A stretch of 64,000 bases of DNA from Anthoceros angustus (Eukaryota; Plantae; Anthocerotophyta), in assembly GCA_010909165.1 (NCBI GenBank), contig VJWM01000266.1, positions 62,001-126,000 of the forward strand, read 5' to 3'. A model generated the notes under the pieces. It saw only the letters and a program-made list of their open reading frames with translations, made no database searches and had not been told where the DNA came from. Positions within the stretch are counted from its first letter, which is position 1; the number at the start of each line of letters is the position of its first letter. This document shows, piece after piece, positions 26,379-38,249 of this stretch. A program made the translations under genes and the position numbers.

Positions 26379-28250
26379 CCTTCCACGCTTCTATTTGCAG
26401 CTTTACTCCATGCAATTCACCCAAGAAAAGCGAGTTCCTTTAGCTTGCTTGATTCCATATGGCGGAAGTACTAGCCCATTCTAGCCCAAGCTCTTTCGCC
26501 TTGCGAGGTTATAAAATTGTGGGTGGCGGCGAGTCCAACAATAACTCTACTTCTAAGCCATTCATCTTTCCACATATGTACATAAGGCCTCCACCTTCCC
26601 TCAAAGCAGTGTCATCCTTGACACTAGATGACTCACCACATCTTGTCACCACAACATGTAGTGGCCAGCGTCATTTGGGCTCTGACTCCACGAATCCTAA
26701 GTCCGGAGCTTGAGGATTGGCGGCTATCACGTTCGGTTAGAATTCCAGCATCGGACAATCTTTACGCAGTGTCCTTGCTCTCCACAAGCACGCACCAAAT
26801 TGAGGGCTTGTCGTCCTTTGGCTTCCACGGCCTCGACTTCTATTGGCTCCTCTTCCTCTTCCTCTGCCTCTTGCCAACATTATCATTTGTTCCAATATGC
26901 CCGGTATTGGTGGCTCTTCCTCTACCTCGTGATCTTCCTTGAAAAGATCTTGGATACCTTCCGAAGACAGGTGCTTCCTCGGCACGACTTGTGTCGGTAT
27001 CGCATCTGCGACCATAATAGCCTCGCAGTTTGAGGTTTTGTCATCAATTCTATCCAGGCCCACCTTTTGAGTCCACTATAAAACATGGAGCTTATCCACC
27101 TCACATATCGGGGCATTGTAACACGGTGGCTAAATTCACTCACATCTTGCAACATTCACATGTGTGCTTCACATTCTCTAGCATCCTTCTTGCAGCATAG
27201 ATGCATTAGTTGGGAATTGAAGTTGCGATTGCATCTTTGAATTACGCGGTGGAAATAGTTTCCACTATATTACCTTGTTCAATACTCGAACATAAGTTCT
27301 CCACCGGTAGGCGTACCCTTCTAAGAAGTTAACGATGTGATCTAGATACTCTTCTGCGGAATCCTGTGCAAAGTATCCTTCCAATGAGAAAAACCATGAA
27401 TTGATTTTCTCACATCTCGTTCACCCTTATACCTATACGAAATTTGAGCGCTTAGCCTCAACTTCTTGGGTCTCCTTGCTCTACTCCTTTAGGCGGGCTC
27501 AATTAAATCACTGTTCATCATCCTTCTACTTCATCGAGCTTCCTTTTCCTTGTACTTGTTGCTCTAGAGCTTCCATTCTCCTCAAAGATTTTGAAGCTCC
27601 TCTTGCGGCATGGTGACGGTCTTGGCCCAGTGTCTGCCTGCCCGTTCGAGATTAGTGGCTCCATCGAGGCTCATCCACTGCGGTCTCCACCATAGGAGCC
27701 TTCTCTTTCTTCAGCGTATTTTCTGCTCAGCTCTTGAGGATCGGCCATCTCCTAGCGTCCTAGCTAAAAGATGCTTCAACCTTGAGCTGATACCACAAGT
27801 AACACCCCTTTTCAGCGGGTGGGGCAATCAGCGATTAGCGACAAAACATTACGGACACCGGCACTAGGCTCCAAGTAGCCCGTCCTTCCACGGGACGACT
27901 CGCGATCGACACATCTGCTATTTATTCCAAGAGTCAACAAGAATACATGAGAGATCGGAGAGGCTCCCCATCTTTGCCTAAGCTGGGAGCTTAGCTCTCT
28001 CCTAGATCTCCCCTCATGACTCTCCTCTAGCACGCTCACACTCTAGGCTCCCAAAGCCTCTAGGCACCAAAGTCCTATCCTCACAAGAGTGTAGCTCCCA
28101 AGTGCTGGGATCACAAGATATCTCCCTCTAGGGCTAGCCTCATCTCCTTATATAGGAGGCTTACATCATTTCAAATGGCTAAGCGGACTTTCTTCCTTAA
28201 GCCCTAAGCTAAGTCTTACCACCACTACTTACAACTTACTAACTAGATCC
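26379..28250 (-). mobile_element. Family A copy 2, 5' part (protease N-half, gag, PBS, LTR 27798-28250 missing its last ~30 bp)
   Basis: Continues the A sequence interrupted at 10119; colinear with 3745-7040. Confidence 0.88.
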
Positions 28251-29432
28251 ACGCATATCATAGCATTGTAACACATAAATTCACTCACATCTTGCGCAAC
28301 ATTCACATGTGTGCTTCACATTCTCTAGCATCCTTCTTGCGACAAGATAGATGCATTAGTTGGTGGAATTGAAGTTGCAGTGCATCTTTGAATTACGCGG
28401 TGGAAATAGTTTCCACTATATTACCTTGTTCAATACTCACGAACATAAGTTCTCCACCGGTAGGCGTACCCTTCTAAGAAGTTAACGATGTGATCTAGAT
28501 ACTCTTCTGCGGAATCCTGCATGAGTATCCTTCAATGAGAAAAACCATGAATTGATTTTCTCCACATCTCGTTCACCCTTATACCTATCTGAGCGAACGC
28601 TTAGCCTCAACTTCTTGGGTCTCCTTGCTCTACTCCTTTTCCGGGCCGAGGCTCAATCATTCATCATCCTTCTGCTTCATCGAGCTTCCTTTTCCTTGTA
28701 CTTGTTGCTCTAGAGCTTCCATTCTCCTCAAAGATTTTGAAGCTCCTCTTGCGGCATGGTGACGGTCTTCGGCCCAGGTCTGCCCGTTCGAGATTAGTGG
28801 CTCCATCGAGGCTCATCCACTGCGGTCTCCACCATAGGAGCCTTCTCTTTCTTCAGCCGTATTTTCTGCTTTCTGCCTGGCTCTTGAGGATCGGCCATCT
28901 CCTAGCGTCCTAGCTAAAAGATGCTTCAACCTTGAGCTCGATACCACAAGTAACACCCCTTTTGAGGTGGGGCAATCACGCGATTAGCGACAAAACATTA
29001 CGAACACCGACTAGAGCTCCAAGTAGCCCGTCCTTCCACGGGACGACTCGCGATCGACATCCGCATGCTATTTATTCCAAGAGTCAACAAGAATACATGA
29101 GAGATCGGAGAGGCTCCCCATCTTTGCCTAAGCTAGGAGCTTAGCTCTCTCCCTAGATCTCCCCTCAACGGCTCTCCTCTAGCACGCTCACACTCTAGGC
29201 TCCCAAAGCCTCTAGGCACCAAAGTCCTATCCTCACAAGAGTGTAGCTCCCAAGTGCTAGGATCACAAGATATCTCCCTCTGGGCTAGCCTCATCTCCTT
29301 ATATAGGAGGCTTACATCATTTCAAATGCTTAAGCGGACTTTCTTCCTTAAGCCCTAAGCTAAGTCTTACCACCACTACTTACAACTTACTAACTAGATC
29401 CGTTGCATGCTTCTCATGCAAGGCTGGTTACT
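28251..29432 (-). mobile_element. Duplicated family A gag 5' half, PBS and LTR (LTR 28949-29432)
   Basis: Repeat of ~27100-28250 followed by a complete LTR end and PPT. Confidence 0.85.
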
Positions 29433-31465
29433 TTCTCCCCATTGGGAAAAGAATCCTTGTCTCGTGATAGCCAGCGTCGAGAGATCATCCAGGGATCCTT
29501 TCGAATATCCTCTAACGTTACCCAAGCGGATCCGAGATCCCAACTTTACCATATCTTGTGGGGCGATTCCACGTTTCGTAAACGCTTCTCTGCAAGGAAT
29601 TCCTCAATTTCCATGATCCTTGATTATCTTTGCGAGAACAACATGCTTCTTCTTGTCCATGTCTTCTTTCTCTCTGCAAGGAATTCCTCAATTTCCAGAT
29701 CCTTGATTATCTTTGCGAGAACACGTACTTCTTCTTGTCCATGTCTTCTTTCTCTTTGCACAGCACAAATGGTTTCGATGGTGATACATGAAACACATTG
29801 TGTGCAAAATCCATTCGACATTTGTAACATAAGCCACTTCTCCAATGCGCTTCAAGACTACAAATGGACCACCATATCTTGGCCTTAACTTAAGAGTTAA
29901 TCCTTGAGGTAATGGGAAATGCTTCAATTTCACCCATACTTTATCCCCAATGTTGAAACGGTTTCTCTCCACAAGCAAACGCACGCCAAAATTGAGGGCT
30001 GTCGTCCTTTGGCTTCCACGACTCTATTGGCTCCTCTTCCTCTTCCTCTGCCTCGCCAACATTATCATTTGTTCCAATATGCCCGGTGTTGGTGGCTCTT
30101 CCTCTACCTCGTGATCTTCCTTGAAAAGATCTTGGATACCTTCCTCGAAAGACACCGGTGCTTCCTCGGCACGACTTGTGTCGGTATCGCATCTCTGACC
30201 ATAATAGCCTCTCGCGAGTTTGAGGTTTTGTCATCAATTCTATCCAGGCCCACCTTTTGAGTCCACTATAAAACACCGTGGAGCTTATCCACCTCCACGC
30301 ATATCGGGGCATTGTAACATGTGTAAATTCACTCACATCTTTGCAACATTCTGTGTGCTTCACATTCTCTAGCATCCTTCTTGCCAAGATAGATGCATTA
30401 GTTGGTGGAATTGAAGTTGCGGTGCATCTTTGAATTACGCCGGTGGAAATAGTTTCCACTCTATTACCTTGTTCAATACTCGAACATAAGTTCTCCACCA
30501 AGTAGGCGTACCCTTCTAAGAAGTTAACGATGTGATCTAGATACTCTTCTGCGGAATCCTCTGCGAAGTATCCTTCCAATGAGAAAAACCACGAATTGAT
30601 TTTCTCACATCTCGTTCACCCTTATACCTATACGAAATTTGAGCGCTTAGCCTCAACTTCTTGGGTCTCCTTGCTCTACTCCTTTGGGCGAGCTCCAATT
30701 CGTCCTGTTCATCATCCTTCTCTGCTTCCCGAGCTTGTACTTGTTGCTCTAGAGCTTCCATTCTCCTCAAAGATTTTGAAGCTCCTCTTGCGGCATGGTG
30801 ACGGTCTTGACGGTATACGCCTCTGCCGTTCGAGATTAGTGGCTCCATCGAGGCTCATCCACTGCGGTCTCCACCATAGGAGCCTTCTCTTTCTTCGCCG
30901 TATCTCTGCTGCCTGGCTCTTGAGGATCGGCCATCTCCAGCGTCCTAGCTAAAAGATGCTTCAACCTTGAGCTCGATACCACAAGTAACACCCCTTTTCG
31001 GTGAGGTGGGGCAATCACGCGATTAGCGACAAAACATCAGACACCGGCACTAGGCCTCCAAGTAGCCGCCGTCCTTCCAGGGCGACTCGCGATCGACACA
31101 TCGCTGCTATTTATTCCAAGAGTCAACAAGAATACATGAGAGATCGGAGAGCTCCCCATCTTTGCCTAAGCTAGGAGCTTAGCTCTCCTCGATCTCCTCC
31201 TCAGCTCTCCTCTAGCACGCTCACACTCTAGGCTCCCAAAGCCTCTAGGCACCAAAGTCCTATCCTCACAAGAGTGTAGCTCCCAAGTGCTGGGATCACA
31301 AGATATCTCCCTCTAGGGCTAGCCTCATCTCCTTATATAGGAGGCTTACATCATTTCAAATGGCTAAGCGGACTTTCTTCCTTAAGCCCTAAGCTAAGTC
31401 TTACCACCACTACTTACAACTTACTAACTAGATCCACGCATGCTTCTCATGCAAGGCTGGTTACT
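29433..31465 (-). mobile_element. Internally deleted family A unit (PPT and chromodomain joined directly to gag; LTR 30984-31465)
   Basis: Integrase tail jumps to the gag zinc-knuckle region at ~29970 through shared CTCTCCA; PR, RT, RH and the INT core are absent. Confidence 0.82.
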
Positions 31466-34400
31466 TTCTCCCCATTGGGAAAAGAATCCTTGTCTCGTGA
31501 TAGCCAGCGTCGAGAGATCATCCAGGGATCCTTTCGAATATCCTCTAACGTTACCCAAGCGGATCCGAGATCCCAACTTTACCATATCTTGTGGGGCGAT
31601 TCCACGTTTCGTAAACGCTTCTCTGCAAGGAATTCCTCAATTTCCATGATCCTTGATTATCTTTGCGAGAACAACATGCTTCTTCTTGTCCATGTCTTCT
31701 TTCTCTCTGCAAGGAATTCCTCAATTTCCATGATCCTTGATTATCTTTGCGAGAACATGTACTTCTTCTTGTCCATGTCTTCTTTCTCTTTTGCTGGCAC
31801 AAATGGTTTCGATGGTGATACATGAAACACATTGTGTGCAAAATCCATTCGACATTTGTAACATAAGCCACTTCTCCAATGCGCTTCAAGACTACAAATG
31901 GACCACCATATCTTGGCCTTAACTTAAGAGTTAATCCTTGAGGTAATGGGAAATGCTTCAATTTCACCCATACTTTATCCCCAATGTTGAAACGGTTTCT
32001 CTCCACACTTTGCATATTTCTTGGCGTGCTTGAGCCTTGGCTAAAATTCCTTTGGCAATCTCATGCCTAGCCTTCAAGCTCAATGAATCGGCGTGGATCT
32101 CTAGTGGTAGTATCGAAAACTTCAGCATTTAGCATGGATACGCGTCCGGTCTTGAATTCCTCCCATCTCAAAAGGACTACATCAGAGAGGCGTATGCGGT
32201 GTTGTTATAACAAAATTGCATCGTCTAGATGATCGATCAATCCCTCGATCAATGCACATAATGCCTTAAGTATTCTTCTTGGATTCGGTTGACTCGCTCG
32301 GTTGAGCCATCGATGCTCACGGATGGAAAGGCATGCTCATACATAATTCCACATTCAAGCATTTCATCAAATCTTGCCAAAATTCTCCGTGAACCTTGGA
32401 TCCTGTCACTCACAATGCATAGGTAAGCCATGATACTTGTATATATACTTCTTAAACAAGTGGCTACCTCGGAAAGCATCACTAGCTTCTTTGTAGGGAT
32501 GAAATGTGCTTGTTTGGTGAATCTATCCACCCTTGTCATGATAGCTGTACAACCATTCTTTGGGGGCAAAGGCATGATAAAATCCATAGAGATACTCTTC
32601 CAAGGTCCACTTGGAATAGGTAGAAATTGTAAACCTCTTGGTTTAGCTTGCTCCACCTTATCTTCTTGACAAAACAGCACATGCCTTGACATAATCCACT
32701 TGTATCCGATACATTCTCGGCCGATAAAAGCGACTTCCTTAGCTTCTCATAAGTGGGGTCAATTCCACGGTGACACTTGGCACATCATGACATTCGGCAA
32801 ACAATTTGCTCTTCAACTCACGAAGAATTTGGGATCACAATCCTCCTCTGTTTGTATATCAACAAACCATCCCTCGATTTGAACTTGCTTCCTTTACGCT
32901 CTATTCCATTAATCCGATCCGAACATCCGGATCCTGAGATATGCTTCCTTGATCTTTGTGAGTGTCCATAGGTTCAACCATTGCCATTGCCTTTACTTCA
33001 CGACTCTTTTGCGACTCAAGCATCCGCAACCTTATTCTCTTTTCCGGTTTATACTTGAGAGTGACATCATACATAGCTAGGAAATCTTGCCATCTAGCTT
33101 GTCTTGCATTCAACTTCAATTTCACCCATACTTTATCCCCAATGTTGAAGACAGTTTCTCTCCTGTGCCTATCAGCATATTTCTTCTGACGTGCTTGAGC
33201 CTTGGCTAAAATTCCTTTGGCAATCTCATGCCTAGCCTTCAACTGCTCAATGAATCGGCGTGGATCTCTAGTGGTAGTATCGAAAACTTCAGCATTTAGC
33301 ATGGATACCGCGTCCAGTGCTGAATTTCCTCCCATCTCAAAAGGACTACATCAAGAGGCGTATGCGGTGTTGTTATAACAAAATTGCATCGTCTAGATGA
33401 TCAATCCCTCGATCAATCACATAATGCCTTAAGTATTCTTCTTGGATTCGGTTGACTCGCTCGGTTGAGCCATCGATGTCTGGATGGAAGCTCATACATA
33501 ATTCCACATTCAAGCATTTCATCAAATCTTGCCAAAATTCTCCGTGAACCTTGGATCCTGTCACTCACAATGCGCCATAGGTAAGCCATGATACTTGTAT
33601 ATATACTTCTTAAACAAGTGGCTACCTCGGAAACATCACTTCTTTGTAGGGATGAAATGTGCTTGTTTGGTGAATCTATCCACCCTTTGTCATGATAGCT
33701 TCAACCATTCTTTGAGGCAAAGGCATGATAAAATCCATAGAGATACTCTTCCAAGGTCCACTTGGAATAGGTAGTAGCAAACCTCTTGGTTTAGCTTGCT
33801 CCACCTTATCTTCTTGACAGCACATGCCTTGACATAATCCACTTGTATCCTGATACATTTCGTAAAGATGCTTCCTTAGCTTCTCATAAGTGGGGTCAAT
33901 TCCACGGTGACACTTGGCACATCATGACATTCGACAAGCAATTTGCTCTTCAACTCTGAAGAATTTGGGATCACAATCCTCCTCTTGTTGTATATCAACA
34001 AACCATCCCTCGATTTGAACTTGCTTCCTTTACGCTCTATTCCATTAATCCGATCCACGAACATACGGATCCTGAGATATGCTTCCTTGATACATTTGTG
34101 AGTGTCCATAGGTTCAACCAGCATTGCCATTGCCTTTACTTCACGACTCTTTTGCGACTCGGTAGCATCCAACCTTATTCTCTTTTCCAGTTTATACTTG
34201 AGAGTGACATCATACATAGCTAGGAAATCTTGCCATCTAGCTTGTCTTGCATTCAACTTCAAGCTGGTTAGAAGTATGTTGTCTTGATATTATCGATATA
34301 GAGCACAAAAGATCGCCCAAGAGATAGTGTCTCCATACCTTGAGACAATGAATGGCGGTCATTTCCTTCTCATAGGTGGGATACTTCAACTCATAAGGAT

Positions 34401-37400
34401 GCAATTTCCTTGACTCAAAAGCTATCGGCATATTTCTTGGCGTGCTTGAGCCTTGGCTAAAATTCCTTTGGCAATCTCATGCCTAGCCTTCAAGCTCAAT
34501 GAATCGTGGATCTCTAGTGGTAGTATCGAAAACTTCAGCATTTAGCATGGATACCGCGTCGGTCTTGAATTTCCTCCCATCTCAAAAGGACTACATCAAG
34601 ATGCGGTGTTGTTATAACAAAATTGCATCGTCTAGATGATCGGTCAATCCCTCGATCAATGCACATAATGCCTTAAGTATTCTTCTTGGATTCGGTTGAC
34701 TCGCTCGGTTGAGCCATCGATGTCTGGATGGAAAGGCGTGCTCATACATAATTCCACATTCAAGCATTTCATCAAAATGCTGCCAAAATTCTCTTGTGAA
34801 CCTTGGATCCTGTCACTCACAATGCATAGGTAAGCCATGATACTTGTATATATACTTCTTAAACAAGTCAAGGCTTTCGTGTCGCCACTTCTTTGTAGGG
34901 ATGAAATGTGCTTGTTTGGTGAATCTATCCACCACTGTCATGATAGCTGTACAACCATTACTGGGTAGCAAAAACATGATAAATCCATAGAGGTACTCTT
35001 CCATGGTCCACTTGGAATAGGTAGAGGGTGTAGCAAACCTCTTGGTTTAGCTTGCTCCACCTTATCTTGCTGACAAACAACACATGCCTTGACATAATCC
35101 ACTGTATCTGATACATTCTCGGCCGATGCCTCTTAGCTTCTCATAAGTGGGGTCAATTCCACGCACACGTGACTTACACATCATGACATTCAAGCAATTT
35201 GCTCTTCAACTCAAGAATTTGGGATCACAATCCTCCTCTGTTTGTATATCAACAAACCATCCCTCGATTTGAACTTGCTTCCTTTACGCTCTATTCCATT
35301 AATCCGATCCACGAACATACGGATCCTGATATGCTTCCTTGATCTGCATTTGTGAGTGTCCATAGGTTCAACCAGCATTGCCATTTTACTTCACGACTCT
35401 TTTGCGACTCGCATCCGCAACCTTATTCTCTTTTCCGGTTTATACTTGAGAGTGACATCATACATAGCTAGGAAATCTTGCCATCTAGCTTGTCTTGCAT
35501 TCAACTTCAAGCTGGTTAGAAGTATGTCTTGATATTATCGATATAGAGCACAAAAGATCCCAAGAGATAGTGTCTCCATACCTTGAGACAATGAATGGCG
35601 GTCATTTCCTTCTCATGGTGGGATACTTCAACTCATAAGGATGCAATTGACTCAAAAGCTATCGGCATGGTCTTGCATCAACACTCCTCCTATGGCCACG
35701 TCGAGGCATCATTTGTACACTTGACATCCTTCTTGGGATCATACATTCCTAAAAGCGGAGTTGTACTCAATTTCATCTTCAAGTATTCAAATCTTTGACA
35801 TTGACATCCCACTTCCAAGCTTTCGTCATCTTTAAGAGGTCGGGTTATGGGGCTGCTATCTTAGCAAACATCTGTACAAATCTCCATGCCGGAAGCCAAA
35901 CCCATAAAGCTGCGAACCTCATGAATGTTCCTAGGAGGTTGCCAATCTTGAATGGCCCTCACCTTATCGGGATCCATTACGATGCCATCGTGAGACAATA
36001 AAGCCTAAGAAAGCTACCTCTGTCTTGACAAGTCACACTTCTTAATTGCCAAGAACAAAGAATTCTCTCTTAGCTTTTGTAACACTTCTCTTAAGTGTTC
36101 AGATGTTCCTCAAGGTATGGCTAAAAATCAAAATGTCATCCGGATAGATTACAACACACTTGTCCACGGATCTATGAATATAGTATTCATAAGTGTCGAA
36201 ATGTGGCAGTGCATTAGTAAGTCCAAATGGCATGACCGAAATTCAAAAGCCCCATACAGTCCTACAAGTTTTGTACTCATGTCCCTCTGCGATTACGATC
36301 GTGGTACCCGCCATCGGATCTAGCTTGGTGAAATACTTTGCACCCTTCAACATCAAACATATCATCCATTCTTGGCAAAGGATATGCATTCTTCACGTAA
36401 TTTGATTGAGCTACGTAATCTAAACACATCCTTAGTCCTCCATTCTTCTTGGCGTAAACAATACGCGCACCAAAGGAGACTTAGAGACTACGATATATCC
36501 CTTTGCCGGTGAGTTGGATAGTTGTCGCTTGAGTTCCTGCTCATCTGCGACAATCTATATAGTGCTCTCGGAGGCGTACTCCACAGCCTCAATTCAATCT
36601 CATGATCTACTACTCTATGAGGCGGTAAAGGTGGCAATTCATCGGGCATCAAATCCTTAAAGTCATCCAAGACAACTGTAATTCCTTGGGATGTCTTTCT
36701 CTTGAGATTCTTCCTCAAGACCATCCTCTAATCCACGGAGCATAACTAGATAAAGCTCCTTCTTACATCTTATGTCTTGCTTGAGCTCTCTTTTTGAAAT
36801 CAACTGTCTTGAGCACATCTCAAGCTTGACCAAGATTAGCACAAACCACCACACAGGCCTCGTAACCCTAGATTGGGTTTTCCATTCCTAAATTCCTATT
36901 TTCCTATTTTCCTACCTATGCATATCCCGAATCAATTACTTTCTAATTAATCCTATTATCTATTCCCCTATTGGTGAGCATATATAGTGGATATCCCCCT
37001 ATTCTAATTTCCTTTTGGCGAGATTTTGACCTACCACGGTGATACGCGACTTACATGATGGTCTGCTCCCTTTCTCGACCTACGTGGTGTGGCGACCTAC
37101 GGTGATGATGCCGACCTACCAACCTTCGGACTGCCCTCACGCCTCGTCAGTCGTTTACCCGTTCTTCTTCTGGGATATCCTCTTCGTCTTCCTAACAATA
37201 TTTTACAACTCTAGCTCAAGATTCTCGAAATTTCTTGGCAAAAAAAATGCATTCTTCCTTTGTAATTTGATTGAGCTACGTAATCTAAACACATCCTTAG
37301 TCCTCCATTCTTCTTGGCGTAAACAATAAAGGCGCACCAAAGGAGACTTAGAGACTACGATATATCCCTTTGCCGGTTGGATAGTTGTCGCTTGAGTTCT

Positions 37401-37715
37401 GCGGCTCATCTGCGACAATCTATATAGTGCTCTCGGCAGGCGTACTCCACAGCCTCAATTCAATCTCATGATCTACTACTCTATGAGGCGGTAAAGGTGG
37501 CAATTCATCGGGCATCAAATCCTTAAAGTCATCCAAGACAACTGTAATTCCTTGGGATGTCTTTCTCTTGAGATTCTTCCTCAAGACCATCCTCTAATCC
37601 ACAGGCATAACTAGATAAAGCTCCTTCTTACATCTTATGTCTTGCTTGAGCTCTCTTTTTGAAATCAAGCTGTCTTGAGCACATCTCAAGCTTGACCAAG
37701 ATTAGCACAAACCAC
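31466..37715 (-). mobile_element. Family A copy, 5'-truncated (CHD; INT-RH segment present three times; RT), ending at a family C junction (36850, repeated at ~37715)
   Basis: ORF fragments 32249..32692, 32901..33335, 33876..34262, 34656..34871 and 36488..36724. Confidence 0.88.
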
Positions 37716-38249
37716 CACACAGGCCTCGTAACCCTAGATTGGGTTTTCCATTCCTAAATTCCTATTTTCCTATTTTCCTACCTATGCATATCCCGAATCA
37801 ATTACTTTCTAATTAATCCTATTCATCTACTCCCTATTGGTGAGCATATATAGTGGATATTCCCCTATTCTAATTTCCTCTTTAGCCGAGAGTTCAGCCT
37901 ACCACGGTGATACGCGACTTACATGGTAGTCTCCCTTTCTCGACCTACGTGGTGGCGACCACGGTGATGCCACCTACCACCCTGACCGCCCTCACGCGTC
38001 TGGGGGTCGACCCATTCTTCTTCTGGGATATCCTCTTCGTCTTCCTAACAATATTTTACAACTCTAGCTTCAAGATTCTCGAAATTTTCTGGCAAAAAAA
38101 ATCAAACTTGTTTTCTTGGCTCTTTTGGGCTGGTTGCCCAAACTTTTGCGTTCACATACTCCCCACCTCACTGTTTGCGTCCTCGCAAACAACGAACTCG
38201 GTGAAGGTACTTCTTGACCTTCCACCCATTCACTCTGTCGGCAATAATT

